A stretch of 64,000 nucleotides of DNA from positions 896,001-960,000 of the forward strand of contig CBDBZU010000004.1 in NCBI GenBank assembly GCA_965213625.1, in the 5' to 3' direction. Below are positions 9,781 through 20,150 of this stretch, in pieces. Position numbers and translations under genes: made by a program. The stretch is from a bacterium (GTDB lineage Bacteria > UBA8248). How positions within the stretch are numbered: position 1 is the stretch's first letter; every line of letters begins with the position of its first letter. The notes under the pieces are model-generated. The model worked only from the letters and a program-made list of their open reading frames with translations. It was not told the origin of the DNA and did no database searches.

Positions 9781-10410
9781 CTATTTTTTCCGGTAAGTCC
9801 TTTTGGCGCGACTACGCTTGGGCCTTGATTTTTGGCCTGTACTTTTTTTGGTTTCATTTTGTGGTTGTTTCGCGCCGTCTTTTTGCGCTTGGGCGGGTGG
9901 AGGGGAGATTTCTTTCTGGAGTGCTGCGTCAGCGGCCAGAACCTTCTCGGTTTGTTGTTGCGCGAAACGTCGATATTCCTTCGCCAGTTTCTGATCGGTC
10001 AGGGCGAGTATACGGGCGGCGTGTAGGGCGGCGTTTCTGGCGCCGGGGCCGCCTATCCCCATCGTCGCAACGGGAATGCCGGGGGGCATCTGCACTGTCG
10101 AGAGAAGGGAATCGAGACCGCCGAGCGAAGAACTGTCGATGGGAACGCCTATCACGGGCAGGTCCGTAGCGGCTCCGACGACGCCCGCCAGGTGAGCAGA
10201 CATGCCTGCGCCCGCAATCAGCACCCGGATTCCGCGCTCGGGCGCATTTTTCACATATTCATGTACGGCGTCGGGTGTGCGGTGGGCCGATAAGACTCTC
10301 ATTTCAGAGGGAATGTTGAAGGTTTCGAGCGCCTTCGTGGCTTCTTCCATCACCGGTTTATCAGAAGCGCTTCCCATCAGTATCCCAACCAGGGGTGCTC
10401 TCGTGGCCAA
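9781..10410 (-). CDS. purE: N5-CAIR mutase with basic C-terminal tail
   Basis: ILMGSASD, SAHRTP, GAGMSAHLAG, PVIGVP, VQMPPGIPVAT. Confidence 0.95.
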   Translation of the reverse strand: MATRAPLVGILMGSASDKPVMEEATKALETFNIPSEMRVLSAHRTPDAVHEYVKNAPERGIRVLIAGAGMSAHLAGVVGAATDLPVIGVPIDSSSLGGLDSLLSTVQMPPGIPVATMGIGGPGARNAALHAARILALTDQKLAKEYRRFAQQQTEKVLAADAALQKEISPPPAQAQKDGAKQPQNETKKSTGQKSRPKRSRAKRTYRKK

Positions 10411-10427
10411 GAAAAGTTCTCCTATTT

Positions 10428-10817
10428 TTATTTGGGGATGAACGCGAGCAGTTCGATTTCGAGTTTTGCGCCCGCGATGATTTTCGCCGCCTGAAAAGTC
10501 GTCCGCGCCGGGGGGTCTTCCGTCCCGAAGTACTCCTCGAATACGGCGTTCATTTCCCCCAGATCCGCCAGATCTTCCATGAAAATGGTCACTTTTACGG
10601 CGTTTTTAAGCGATGTGCCGCCCGCCTCGCACACCGCCTTCAGATTCTCGATAATCTGCCGCGTCTGTTCGCCGACGCCGCCCGGAACCAGTTCTCCCGT
10701 CGCGGGGTCGAGGGGCAACTGCCCCGAGCAGTGGAGCCACTCTCCTACCTGAATGGCCTGGGAGAGCGGTACCTTGCCGGATGCGGCCTTGTCCGTATGA
10801 ACCACTCTTTTTTCCAT
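10428..10817 (-). CDS. ridA: RidA/YjgF family reactive intermediate deaminase
   Basis: SQAI, SGQLPLDP, VKVTIF, PPART, LEIE. Confidence 0.85.
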   Translation of the reverse strand: MEKRVVHTDKAASGKVPLSQAIQVGEWLHCSGQLPLDPATGELVPGGVGEQTRQIIENLKAVCEAGGTSLKNAVKVTIFMEDLADLGEMNAVFEEYFGTEDPPARTTFQAAKIIAGAKLEIELLAFIPK

Positions 10818-11267
10818 TGTAGCTCCCCGGTGCAGGTATGTGACGCCCCATCAAAACACAAAATGCGCCTTGTGGGTATCTTTCGCGGCATGTTTCGGAG
10901 GCTACGAAATAAGTCATTTTATATCAGATAGTTGCAATGGTTACCTGTTCGCTCCAGGGGCGCCGCGCTGTGCGAATTCCCCCATTTGTCGCTGCAGGCG
11001 AGCCGCCGGGGCCGCGGTACCCTCGCAATGCTTTTGCGGGAGAGAGATTTTCACCCCCGCAGTTCCCCGCATTTGCCGTCATCGCGTGAATAGCTGCCCA
11101 TGTCAGAATTCCCCTGCGTCGCGACCCCTGCGCGCCCATTCCAGAGTAAATAAATTGCCAATAATTTATCGAAAAACCCCGTGAATTTGTCGAATTTTAT
11201 CGATATATCCAGAATTGAAAAATTAAGTTGTTGTTTATAAATCAGTTATAAATTCATCAAAATAAAT

Positions 11268-11287
11268 GTAATCAAAACGAAAGCGGA
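11268..11287 (+). other. Copy 1 (core only) of repeated att-like element, GTAATCAAAACGAAAGCGGA
   Basis: Matches 31514-31533 and 45398-45417; AT-rich upstream; G-rich motif in inverted orientation at ~11050-11070. Confidence 0.6.
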
Positions 11288-11335
11288 TTCATTATAACCC
11301 CAGCGCACCCTGGCGGGATACTGTCGAACGCGGAT

Positions 11336-11378
11336 GGCCGGGTAGGCGGGGCGCAGCAATGCCCCCGCCTACCCGGCC
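11336..11378. repeat. Perfect 16-bp inverted repeat hairpin
   Basis: GGCCGGGTAGGCGGGG (11336-11351) pairs with CCCCGCCTACCCGGCC (11363-11378). Confidence 0.85.
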
Positions 11379-11394
11379 CGCGGTTTCGGTAATC

Positions 11395-11638
11395 GATGGA
11401 GTGGACGCGCCCTCCCGGCGCCATCAAACTGGGTGTGTTGACATGGTCTGCCGCCCTTCGGGAGGAGCGAGATGGAACAGGTCCACATCATCGGCATCGA
11501 CTTGGCGAAACACGGTTTTCAACTCCAGGGCGCGCACCTGTCCTGGACGGGTCGGTCGCGTTCCGCAAGAAGCTGACGCGGGGGAAGGTGTTGGGTTTTC
11601 TGGAATCGCAGCCTCAGTGCCGGGGTTGCGATGGAGGT
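11395..11638 (+). pseudogene. IS110/IS1111 left end and truncated transposase 5' fragment
   Basis: Near-identical to 31589-31825 (MEQVHIIGIDLAKH...), with a frameshift, then truncated. Confidence 0.9.
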
Positions 11639-11649
11639 AGTAGCGGCAC

Positions 11650-11905
11650 TCGATCACGGCGTCATCCCGGCGCCATGAGGGCGCGCCTGCGCTCGGGGTT
11701 CATCGACCAGGGCAGCCATGCGGAGAGGTCCCCGGGTGGGCGGCCGCCGTTCTCCGCGCAGGCCGTGAGCCATGCCTCCAGCCAGCGGAGTGGGTCGATG
11801 CCGTTCAAGGAGAGTGTGCCGAGGACGGAGTACATCATCGCCGTGAACCCGGCACCGGCCTCGCTGTCGGAGCCGAACGAGAGCCGCCTTCCGATCACGG
11901 GGCAT
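11650..11905 (-). pseudogene. IS66 family transposase (TnpC) C-terminal remnant
   Basis: VIGRRLSFGSDSEAGA...YSVLGTLSLNGIDPLRWL...LSAWLPW. Confidence 0.75.
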
Positions 11906-12216
11906 AAGGGACGAGTCGTTGGTGGCACGGGCAAAGGGAGTGCGAATCCCGCCCTCCTCGACTTGCGCCATGGCAGGACTTGGGCGAAATCAGAGGCGGT
12001 GAATACGATGGTGGGTTCCGGCTCGCACGGACTCTTGTTTCCTGAATCTTCGGTTCCTGACCTCGGAAGTTCAGGAAAACTCTTTTTTGGAGAGAAAACG
12101 GATACAGGAACCTGGTGAAATCTAAAGATCGTATCCGATGGAAGGCGCGTCCACCCCATCGTCCGGGCGCTATTCGGGAATGCGCCTGGAAACATCGTGT
12201 GAATACCCGGAATGCC

Positions 12217-14961
12217 CTAGAAGTCGGCTCTCAACTGAAAAGAGACTCCGCTGTTGCGGCTTTCGCCTTCGTATTCCAGGCCGAAGGCGAGTTGCGTGCT
12301 TTTTCGAATGGGCAGGGCGTAGCCGAGGGAATAGTGCGTCATTGGCCAGACGCGCAAATCGATCGTGGTTTCCTGTCGCTGGAGAGACTGCGATTCCCCG
12401 AAGTAGAACGCATCGACAAAACTGCTTCCGGTTGCGACGAGACGGCTGATCCGGGCCTTTCCGCTGCGAACCCCCATATTCTGGCGGACGGAAAACCGCA
12501 GGGCGTCACCGCCCCGGAATATATCCCGCCCCCGGGTCCCCACCGACCATCCTTCCGCCCGCAAGGCCGATATGCCGGCCACCATGCCGCCGGCTGCGGG
12601 GACCTCTCCGGTGCTGTGCTCGTAGCTGGCAAATCCACGCCATTTCCCGCCCAACTGGGTAGAGAAGAGCAACTGCTTTCTGAGGGTTTTCGTCCGGATG
12701 TTCCCGAGCGAACCAAAAGTCGCTCCCCAGACACTGCTTTTTTCATCGATGCGCGAGAGCTCCGCCACAAGGTCAAATCCATCGCGCTCGTGTCGCCACC
12801 GGAAGCCGTACTGGCGCCACGGCGCCCGTTCGGTTTCCCACCCGCTGACCGCAGCGAACGGCCGCGGGCCGTTCCCCTCCATTTGCAGCACGAAGCCCCC
12901 TCCGGGACGGGCGAAGAACGGGGCGGCGGCAACGGGACCGGTGGGTTGAATTGAGCCCCGTTCCCGCCACGATGAGCTCTCGCAACCCTCGCACAGTTCG
13001 TGGCGCAGCTGCCAGCGGCCCAGCGTGTCGTCGGCAATATCCATCCCGACGGCATGCGGCCTGCCGGTTCCCTGGCCGAGTTCGACGAACACGCCCCGGT
13101 TCTCGACGCGATAGCCGCCCGGCTGCGCGAGCATGTCCCTGGCGGCGGAACCAAGCGGGGGGTTTCCGGTTTCGACGTCGACGATACCGGACAGTTTCAT
13201 GTTGTAATACGCGCTTCCCACGCCGCCCACGGCAACGTCGACTGACTGCATCCGGTAACCCACGTGAGCGAGAGCGGGGGACAGGGTGATGCGGGCGTTC
13301 CGCAGTGAAACCGCCTGCGTCGCTCTTGCATCGCCGACCGAGCGCGGCAGGTGGACCCGTCCCTGCATGGTCACAGCGCTGCCCAGGTTCAACCGCCCCC
13401 AGCCATAGACGGGGTCCGGCTCGCGGGGGTTGTCAACCCGGGTCCCTACCGGATCCGCAGAGGCGAGCAAAACGGCCTGGACGACCTCCATCGGCATGCT
13501 AGGCAGCCGGCTCTTGAGCACCGCCAACGCGCCGGTCACGAACGGGGCGGCGAAGGAGGTGCCGCTGATTCCGCGACCGCCGGGGCCCACGGCGATGTTC
13601 TCGCCGGGTGCCATCAGGCACCAGTTCCGCGCCGCGCCGCATCCGTTGGAGAAACCCGCGATCTCGCCGCTCCTGTCCATCGCCCCGACGACCAGCCACT
13701 TCCCAAGCAATCCGGGCTCGAACAACGGGGCCTCCTTCCACTCTCCGCCGGAGTTGTAGTCGGCGCAGTCATCGCTCCCGCAGGCCGTTCCCCATATCTC
13801 CTTTAGCGGAATCTTGCGGTCCGGGTTGTCCGGGTCGGGCAGCCAGGTGAAGTTCTTCATGAATTCAACAGCGCTGACGGGCCCCTCGCCCAACCGGCAC
13901 CCGTCCTCCCCGTGGTGGTTTTTCCCGCACATGCGCACCTGATTGTTCCGGGAATTCCACCCCTCGTTCCCCGACGCCCACACCATCACGATGTCCGCGT
14001 TCTCGACCGCCGCCGCGACCTCGGCCATGTCTCGCCTCAGGCCGTCTACGATGATCGGCCCGAACACCGGCAGGGGTAATGTCAGCCAGACCCCTTCCCT
14101 GCCAGCGTATTCACCGAAATAGGATGTCGAGAATCCGATGCTGAAGTTCATCGCCTGCGCCCCGTTGGCAACCGCGTGCCGCACCGCTGCCGGGGGAAGA
14201 CCACCGCCGCTGAGCGCAATCGGGATGATCGACGCCTGCGGCGCGACTCCGTGGAAGTTAGGCGTGGGAATCTGGGTGCCGCCGGCGACTTTTATCCCGG
14301 AAGCCTGCCCGGAATCGTTGCCCCTCGCTCCCGCCGCAATCATGGCGACATAGGTGCCATGCCCTGTCCCGGCTCCTCCGTAGTCGATTTCGAATACCCT
14401 GTCGTTTCCGTTCACCACGTGACGCGGTGCCCTGATCCTGCCAGCCAGTTCCGGATGGGTGATATCCATCCCGTCGTCCACTATCGCGATGCTCACGCCC
14501 TGGCCGAAATAGCCGCGCTCGTAGGCCTTGTCCGCCGAGATGGCACCCAACCCGTGATGGACCCGGAATTCCGGAGTGCGGTAGTCCACGCCATCCGGCG
14601 GGGCGGGAACGCCCAGGTCCACCGGCTGGAAATCGAGTCCAACCGGATTCGGTGCGTGAGGCGCCGGCTCGCTGATAATCGCGGCGCCGCCACCCACGTC
14701 GCCGCCGCAACCGGCCGCCATAAGCAGGAAACACACCAGTATAAACAACCTCGATGATGTAACCCTGGCGATAGATGCGCGGCGCGTGACTTTCTGTGAA
14801 GGGTCAAATCCAAGAGATACCAGGAGTGCGGAATTACATCGTCTCTTTTCGAGCGAGGAAGGGACTAGGCATTTCAGCCTTCCGAGTCTTCTCCTCCGGG
14901 TCTTTCTTGCGGATGAGTTTGCTCGACCGTCATGAAATTCATACTCTGCTCGATCATCCAT
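12217..14961 (-). CDS. S8 subtilisin-like serine protease, putative lipoprotein with C-terminal beta-rich domain (true start probably downstream of 14961)
   Basis: Triad IVDDG / GHGT / GTSFAAPFVTGA, ASGNE oxyanion, YGWGRL; hydrophobic stretch then LMAAGC; ends in F. Confidence 0.9.
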   Translation of the reverse strand: MDDRAEYEFHDGRANSSARKTRRRRLGRLKCLVPSSLEKRRCNSALLVSLGFDPSQKVTRRASIARVTSSRLFILVCFLLMAAGCGGDVGGGAAIISEPAPHAPNPVGLDFQPVDLGVPAPPDGVDYRTPEFRVHHGLGAISADKAYERGYFGQGVSIAIVDDGMDITHPELAGRIRAPRHVVNGNDRVFEIDYGGAGTGHGTYVAMIAAGARGNDSGQASGIKVAGGTQIPTPNFHGVAPQASIIPIALSGGGLPPAAVRHAVANGAQAMNFSIGFSTSYFGEYAGREGVWLTLPLPVFGPIIVDGLRRDMAEVAAAVENADIVMVWASGNEGWNSRNNQVRMCGKNHHGEDGCRLGEGPVSAVEFMKNFTWLPDPDNPDRKIPLKEIWGTACGSDDCADYNSGGEWKEAPLFEPGLLGKWLVVGAMDRSGEIAGFSNGCGAARNWCLMAPGENIAVGPGGRGISGTSFAAPFVTGALAVLKSRLPSMPMEVVQAVLLASADPVGTRVDNPREPDPVYGWGRLNLGSAVTMQGRVHLPRSVGDARATQAVSLRNARITLSPALAHVGYRMQSVDVAVGGVGSAYYNMKLSGIVDVETGNPPLGSAARDMLAQPGGYRVENRGVFVELGQGTGRPHAVGMDIADDTLGRWQLRHELCEGCESSSWRERGSIQPTGPVAAAPFFARPGGGFVLQMEGNGPRPFAAVSGWETERAPWRQYGFRWRHERDGFDLVAELSRIDEKSSVWGATFGSLGNIRTKTLRKQLLFSTQLGGKWRGFASYEHSTGEVPAAGGMVAGISALRAEGWSVGTRGRDIFRGGDALRFSVRQNMGVRSGKARISRLVATGSSFVDAFYFGESQSLQRQETTIDLRVWPMTHYSLGYALPIRKSTQLAFGLEYEGESRNSGVSFQLRADF

Positions 14962-15195
14962 ATCGATGTCCTTTGTTCGGTGCTGCTTTGATTATGTCGA
15001 TAACCTGGTGTCGCATAACAGGCCAGATGCGATCCCTCTGGTGAAGTGAAGATTGGAACGCAGCCCCATCGTGTTTACTGACCACCTGTATGGTTATATA
15101 CCAAATAAGGGACCAGAATCGCCAGATCGGAGCACTATGCTACAAGGAAATTTCCACCAGGTCCGCTTTGAGAGGCTCCACCTGGTTATCTAGGA

Positions 15196-15822
15196 ATGGG
15201 CGCTACGCTACGGGCCGATTTACCGGATCGCCATGGGCCCGCGCCGGCAGGCGGTGGTTTCGGATCTCGGCGCCATCCGGCGAATGCGGGGCCCTCGGCC
15301 CCACGGTTTCAGACGCGCGAGCCCGCTCGGCCCCGTGGCCGAAGAGATGGGCCTCCTCCCGGCATCTTCGCCGCTGAGGGAGAAGGCTAGCGCCGCCAGC
15401 GGCGCGTCCTCAGGGTCCAGGAGACCAAGATCGGGGAGCCGCTGGAGCTTCCGATCACCCGGCAGCTCGCCGCCACTCTCAAGCGGCGCCTCACGGATGG
15501 CGAGGAGCCCGGAGAAAAGCGGAACGGCTGGGTGTTCCCATCCCCCAGGAGCGGAGCCGGATACGTGTCGGACCTTGCGCGTTTCTATGGCGAGATTTCG
15601 GAGAAGGGTGGTGCCCGGTTCTGGTTCCACGGACTGCGCAACGCCTTCATCACGGTGGCCGAGCGCGAACTCATGCTGCCGTGACCGCTCACGAAACGGC
15701 TGGTGAACCACGCACGGCCTCAGGATGTGACTGAGGGCTACGCCGCCGACTGGAGCGTCGGGCAGCTGCGCGATCCCGCGCAGCGCATCGCCGACCGCAT
15801 CGATGAGCTGATGAAATGTTGA
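15196..15822 (+). pseudogene. Tyrosine recombinase/integrase remnant
   Basis: WVFPSP...FHGLRNAFITVAERELMLP*PLTKRLVNH...DVTEGY; internal TGA at ~15683 and frameshifts. Confidence 0.8.
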
Positions 15823-16004
15823 CTCGATATCATCAGGAAGGCGACACGAATCAGGAGGCCCTGCGCCGCGTGGTGGATATCGTGGTCACCGAAACGCGCG
15901 AGGGAATTTTTTTAAGACGGCAGAGGGGAGAACTTAACACACCCGCATATTGACGACCTGCTTCGAGCATTTCACTTTCCATTTTTTTCTGTCTGCACCT
16001 CACG

Positions 16005-16400
16005 ATGCCCGCCTTCGCCGTGGTGCCCAAGCAAAAGCGCGGCTCCCCCGCCAAGGCGAAGGAGATCGCCCTGTTCGACGGGGAAGGAGTGGAGGCGGCC
16101 TTTGCTCGCTTCAACGACCGTCCCGCACCCGACTTCAAAAACCTCGAGCTCTATATTTTCGTGATAAGGGCCAAGGATGCACTCATCCTCGCGCATGGCG
16201 TGGCTCGATCACCGATCAGCGCCGACGCACCACGCTCATCGACATGAAAGGCCTCAACATCGGCCGTGCCTTACTGGCCGGGGCAAGAGAAAAAGGGGTG
16301 TGGGTGTATTACGGGTAGAAACACCCCCTCTCCGGCAAGGTCCTGCCCAAGTCCTCATGGATCGTCCGCCACAAAGGCTATATATTCGGCTGCGGTGCCC
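16005..16400 (+). pseudogene. Single-Cache-domain protein remnant (frameshifted)
   Basis: G.EAAFARFN..F...LYIFV...LAHG, then in another frame LID.KG...GVWV.Y. Confidence 0.55.
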
Positions 16401-16695
16401 ACAAACACTGAATTGATTTCCGCCGCGTCCCGCGAGGACAACGACGCAACCATTGCAATGCAGACTCTTCACGGGGCTCGCATTTGTGCGCGTCCCGGTG
16501 GCGGGTACGGTTTTGCCTTTTTCGAGGCGGAGAAGTGTTATACGTGATGTAGATATCCTTCTCTCGTATTTTGTATCGACAGAAGATCGGGCTTCTGTTT
16601 CGTAATCGACCCGCAATCGGATTAATGCCATACACCGGCTTAGCAGCAACGCGATTGACATCGCTTCCCGGCAATCGACGGGATGCACGCGCCGC

Positions 16696-17493
16696 TCATC
16701 TTCCGCGCGCTAGCAACTCCCAAGAATTGCTGATGAGGAACAGCACCGCCGCCGCTAAGATGATGCACGGCCCCGCGGGCGCGTCCCATTCGACCGACGC
16801 CCAAAGGCCCGCAGCTACCGAGAAAATCCCCGCCAGAACGGCGAGCGCCGCCATCTGCTCGGGCGTTTCGGCGAAGCGCCGCGCTGCCGCCGCCGGTATG
16901 ATGAGCATCGAGGTGATGAGCAGAATCCCAATCAGCTTCATGGCGACTGCGATGATGAAGGCAATCAGAAGCATGAAGACAAACTTCACGCGGAATGTCG
17001 GGACCCCTTCGGTAGTCGCTAGTTCTTCATGCACCGTGACGGCGAGAAGACCTCGCCAGATAAAGGCGAGCGTTCCCAGCACAGCCGCGCCACCCAGGTA
17101 GATCCACCACAGATCCATCGCTCCGACGGCGAGGATGTCCCCGAAGAGGTAGCCCATCAGATCCACCCGAATCGTTTCCATCACGCTGACGGCGAAGATG
17201 CCCACTGAAAGCGCTGTGTGCGAGAGTACGCCCAGAAGCGTATCAACGGCCAGTCTCCTCTGCTTCTGAAGCAGGAGAAGCATCAGCGCAAAGCAGATGC
17301 AAGCGGTGAGAATGCCGAGCCGCAAGTCGATTCCAAAGGCGAAGCCCATCGCCACGCCGAGGAGGGCCGTGTGGGCGAGGGATTCCCCAAAATAGGCCAT
17401 CTTTCGCCAGACGATGAAACATCCCACGGGCCCCGTCACCACGGCTACGCCGACTCCGCCCAGAAGGGCGCGAATCATGAAATCTTCCATCAG
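16696..17493 (-). CDS. znuB: Zinc ABC transporter permease
   Basis: GPVGCFIVWRKMAYFGESLAH, DLMGYLFGDILAV, LIIPAAAARRF..TPEQM. Confidence 0.93.
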   Translation of the reverse strand: MMEDFMIRALLGGVGVAVVTGPVGCFIVWRKMAYFGESLAHTALLGVAMGFAFGIDLRLGILTACICFALMLLLLQKQRRLAVDTLLGVLSHTALSVGIFAVSVMETIRVDLMGYLFGDILAVGAMDLWWIYLGGAAVLGTLAFIWRGLLAVTVHEELATTEGVPTFRVKFVFMLLIAFIIAVAMKLIGILLITSMLIIPAAAARRFAETPEQMAALAVLAGIFSVAAGLWASVEWDAPAGPCIILAAAVLFLISNSWELLARGR

Positions 17494-17530
17494 GTGCTCC
17501 TGCGGAGGCATCTGCCGAGTTCGCTGATCC

Positions 17531-18142
17531 TCATTGCGGAAACCCCAAAACCAGCAAGTCGTCGGTGAACTCCATGACGAGGTGGAGATCGTGTGAAATC
17601 ATCAGGACGCCGCAACCCCTCTCGTCCCTTATCTGCATGATCAGGCGGTGGAGATCGGTTTGTCCGGCCATGTCCACGTTCTGGATGGGTTCGTCAAGAA
17701 CAAGGAGTTCGGGGTCGCGCAGCAGAGCGCGGGCGAGAAGGACGCGCTGGCGCTCACCGCCGGAAAGGGTTCCGACGGGGCAGTCCAGCAGATCCCCTGC
17801 GCCGACTTCCCCGAGGCTCTCTTCCATCTCCTTTCGAGACGGTTTTTGCGTCAAGCGCAACAATCTGCGTACTGTGAGAGGAAGTGTTGGGTCCACCGTG
17901 AAAACCTGGGGGACATAGCCGACCTTGAGGCCCTCCTTTCTGTTCACCTCGCCCGTATCGGGCTTCAGCAGACCGAGCAATATGCGGATGAGCGTGGTTT
18001 TCCCCGAACCGTTGGGGCCGACAATGCAGAATATTTCGTTTGCCGATATCTCAACGTCTATGTCTTCAAAAACAGGCTCCTCCCCGAAGCTCAAAGCTAG
18101 ATCATTGGCGGTAATGAGCGGTGTCCGGCCTCTAATCATCAC
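17531..18142 (-). CDS. znuC: Zinc ABC transporter ATPase (C-terminus apparently shortened)
   Basis: GPNGSGKTT, GYVPQ, LSGGERQRVLLARAL, SHDLHLVM; ends shortly after the H-loop. Confidence 0.85.
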   Translation of the reverse strand: MMIRGRTPLITANDLALSFGEEPVFEDIDVEISANEIFCIVGPNGSGKTTLIRILLGLLKPDTGEVNRKEGLKVGYVPQVFTVDPTLPLTVRRLLRLTQKPSRKEMEESLGEVGAGDLLDCPVGTLSGGERQRVLLARALLRDPELLVLDEPIQNVDMAGQTDLHRLIMQIRDERGCGVLMISHDLHLVMEFTDDLLVLGFPQ

Positions 18143-18476
18143 CGGACTCGGGGCGACGGCCGTTGATTTCCAGAACGGGCGTCGCCATCTGAATGTCGCA
18201 GGAGCCCATGGGCGCGTGGATCTCCCGGAGGATATCGGTCACCCTCCTGCTGAGCGGTATGAGTCTCGCGCCGCGCGTCCGGCAAAGCGCCCCGGCTCGT
18301 TTCAGGGCGTTCTCGATAAATGCCCCGTGGTCGTGGTCCTTGCCTTGAAAAAGATTGCTGTGCAATTTCACCCGGTGCTTCCCGACCTGATTCTTGAATT
18401 CCAATACGGATCGCTCATCATTGCTCCGTTTCACTGCTGGTTCATGCCCCTCAAACGCCGCTCTTCGCTTTTTCAA
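18132..18476 (-). pseudogene. zur: Zur/Fur-family regulator, N-terminal fragment
   Basis: DHDH...ALKRAGALCRTRGARL.PL.RRV..IL resembles the Zur N-terminus; C-terminal CxxC domain absent; adjacent to znuC. Confidence 0.6.
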
Positions 18477-19404
18477 GGGATACGACGTTCACCGGGTGCG
18501 TGTTGCGGCGACGCTTGTCGAAGCGGATATGCAGGCGCGAGGCATCGGCAAGGCTCAGGCCCGCTTCGCGCAATTCGCTCGGGCTGAATCCCTTGCCGGT
18601 CCGCCAGTCGCCGCGAGCGTCTCGCACGAGGGGGAAAATACCGTTTTCCGCGAGAGTGGGCTCCAAGTATTCTTCCGGCGATTCTTGCATCACCATAGCC
18701 GCGAGGGGCTCACCAACCTCCTCCGCGATATCTTCCGCTGGCCCACTCTCTTTAGCGATTTCCGGTTCAGGTGCAGCAACTTCTGCGGCGCTTTCCGCCA
18801 TCACCAGGGCAAAAACTTCGTCCTCAAGCGGTGTTTCTTCCTCATCCGGCGAATCTGGCATAACCGACGCCGTTCGTATTTCCTCATCCTCGGCAAAGGC
18901 ATCATCGACAGCTTCCGGTTCGTTCTCCTGAATAACCTCCGGCTCAGGCGCGGACGCCTCAGCTAGTTTGCCGGCTGCTTCCGAGGCTGCGACTTCATCG
19001 TCGTGAGACGACACCGTTTCTTCTTGCAACGCTTTTGATTCCGTCTTGCTCAGCAACTCCAGGTCGAGGCCATATTCCTCATATGGCGCTGCTTCACGAG
19101 GAGACCCTGGCGTATCCGGTGATTCATCCGTGACAGGCTCGGCCAATGCCTCAAGGGCGGGAGCATCGCCGCCATCAACCGCGTCCACGCCGTTCACTGA
19201 ACCGGTTGACGCAGGCTCTCCGGAAACGATCAGTTCCAGTTCCTGATGTGAACCAAGACCTTTGTCCTCCGAATTTCCCGTCGCAGACGGAATGCCCGGT
19301 CCGATGGACGCCGGAGGCGGGATCTCATACCCCTCTTCCGATTCAACCCCACCGGCACCCTTGCGACGCGCGATACGGCTTAAAAAATTCTTTTTGATAT
19401 TCAT
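18451..19404 (-). CDS. Acidic low-complexity protein with C-terminal ribosomal protein eL13 (L13e)-like domain
   Basis: Last ~60 aa WRTGKGFSPSELREAGLSLADASRLHIRFDKRRRNTHPVNVVSL fit the eL13 motif; ~250 aa E/A/P-rich N-terminal region. Confidence 0.75.
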   Translation of the reverse strand: MNIKKNFLSRIARRKGAGGVESEEGYEIPPPASIGPGIPSATGNSEDKGLGSHQELELIVSGEPASTGSVNGVDAVDGGDAPALEALAEPVTDESPDTPGSPREAAPYEEYGLDLELLSKTESKALQEETVSSHDDEVAASEAAGKLAEASAPEPEVIQENEPEAVDDAFAEDEEIRTASVMPDSPDEEETPLEDEVFALVMAESAAEVAAPEPEIAKESGPAEDIAEEVGEPLAAMVMQESPEEYLEPTLAENGIFPLVRDARGDWRTGKGFSPSELREAGLSLADASRLHIRFDKRRRNTHPVNVVSLEKAKSGV

Positions 19405-19964
19405 GCCACCCCCTCGAGATCGGAACCTCGTTGCGTGGAGAACAAAATTCCGGGGGCGGTAGAAACAGGTGAGACAGGCTACGGATTCAAGCTAGCGATT
19501 CCGAAGGCCCGGTGTCAAGCGGCGTATCGCCGGGCGCGCGGGTTTCAAAGGCGAATATCGACAGCGGGAAACCCGTGCAGATAGCGTGGAGAACAGACTC
19601 TCCTAAGTGAATATTAACGACGCGGGCCAATGTCCCCCGCGGTCGGTAATAATGCTGCTGGTTCACCGGGGCCTCCGAGTCTCCTGCCGCTGCCGAAGCG
19701 GTGAGGTCGTTGCTCTGACTCCTTTCGGGAAATACTTCTGCAGGCACCGGCTTCAGTACGGCCGTAAATATGCCGCCGAATCGTTACATTTCATCCAAAC
19801 CTGAAAATGGAAAATCTCGTATGTGATGATCATCCAACTCTCCGGGACGTCGGTCGTCGGCTAGTTCGTTTCGTGGCAGGGCGCGATTCACGAGTTCAAA
19901 ATACGCTGTTTCCGACTTGTCCGCAGAAGAACATCGCGCCGGAAGAGTAACAAAACCATCGCAC

Positions 19965-20150
19965 TCACGCCAATTGACGCGGGTGGATAGCTCGCAAGGC
20001 GTCTTCATTCTCCCGCTCCGCAAGTTCGAGCTCGTAACGATCCTGAAGATTCATCCAACTCCTTGCGTCCGTGTTGAAATAACGCGCCAGCCGAAGCGCA
20101 ATCTCGGCAGTGATACCCCGCACCAAGAGGTCGGACATACGACTGCACCT
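19965..20150 (-). pseudogene. HigA-family antitoxin C-terminal remnant
   Basis: RGITAEIALRLARYFNTDARSWMNLQDRYEL. Confidence 0.75.

Noticed and set aside
10850-11330. tRNA/tmRNA integration target or integron attI at the island boundary
   Set aside because: No cloverleaf or T-loop motif recognised; no IntI-type integrase or attC cassette pattern seen
11336-11378. Hairpin resembling group II intron domain VI (GCAGCAATGC...CTACCCG)
   Set aside because: No recognisable domain V upstream and no reverse transcriptase ORF; kept only as an inverted repeat
16532-16552. Zur-box-like GAAGTGTTATAC
   Set aside because: Only a half site, and it lies downstream of znuB rather than at a promoter
19487-19960. 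Short ORF fragments between the eL13-like gene and the higA remnant
   Set aside because: No recognisable family; probably decayed sequence
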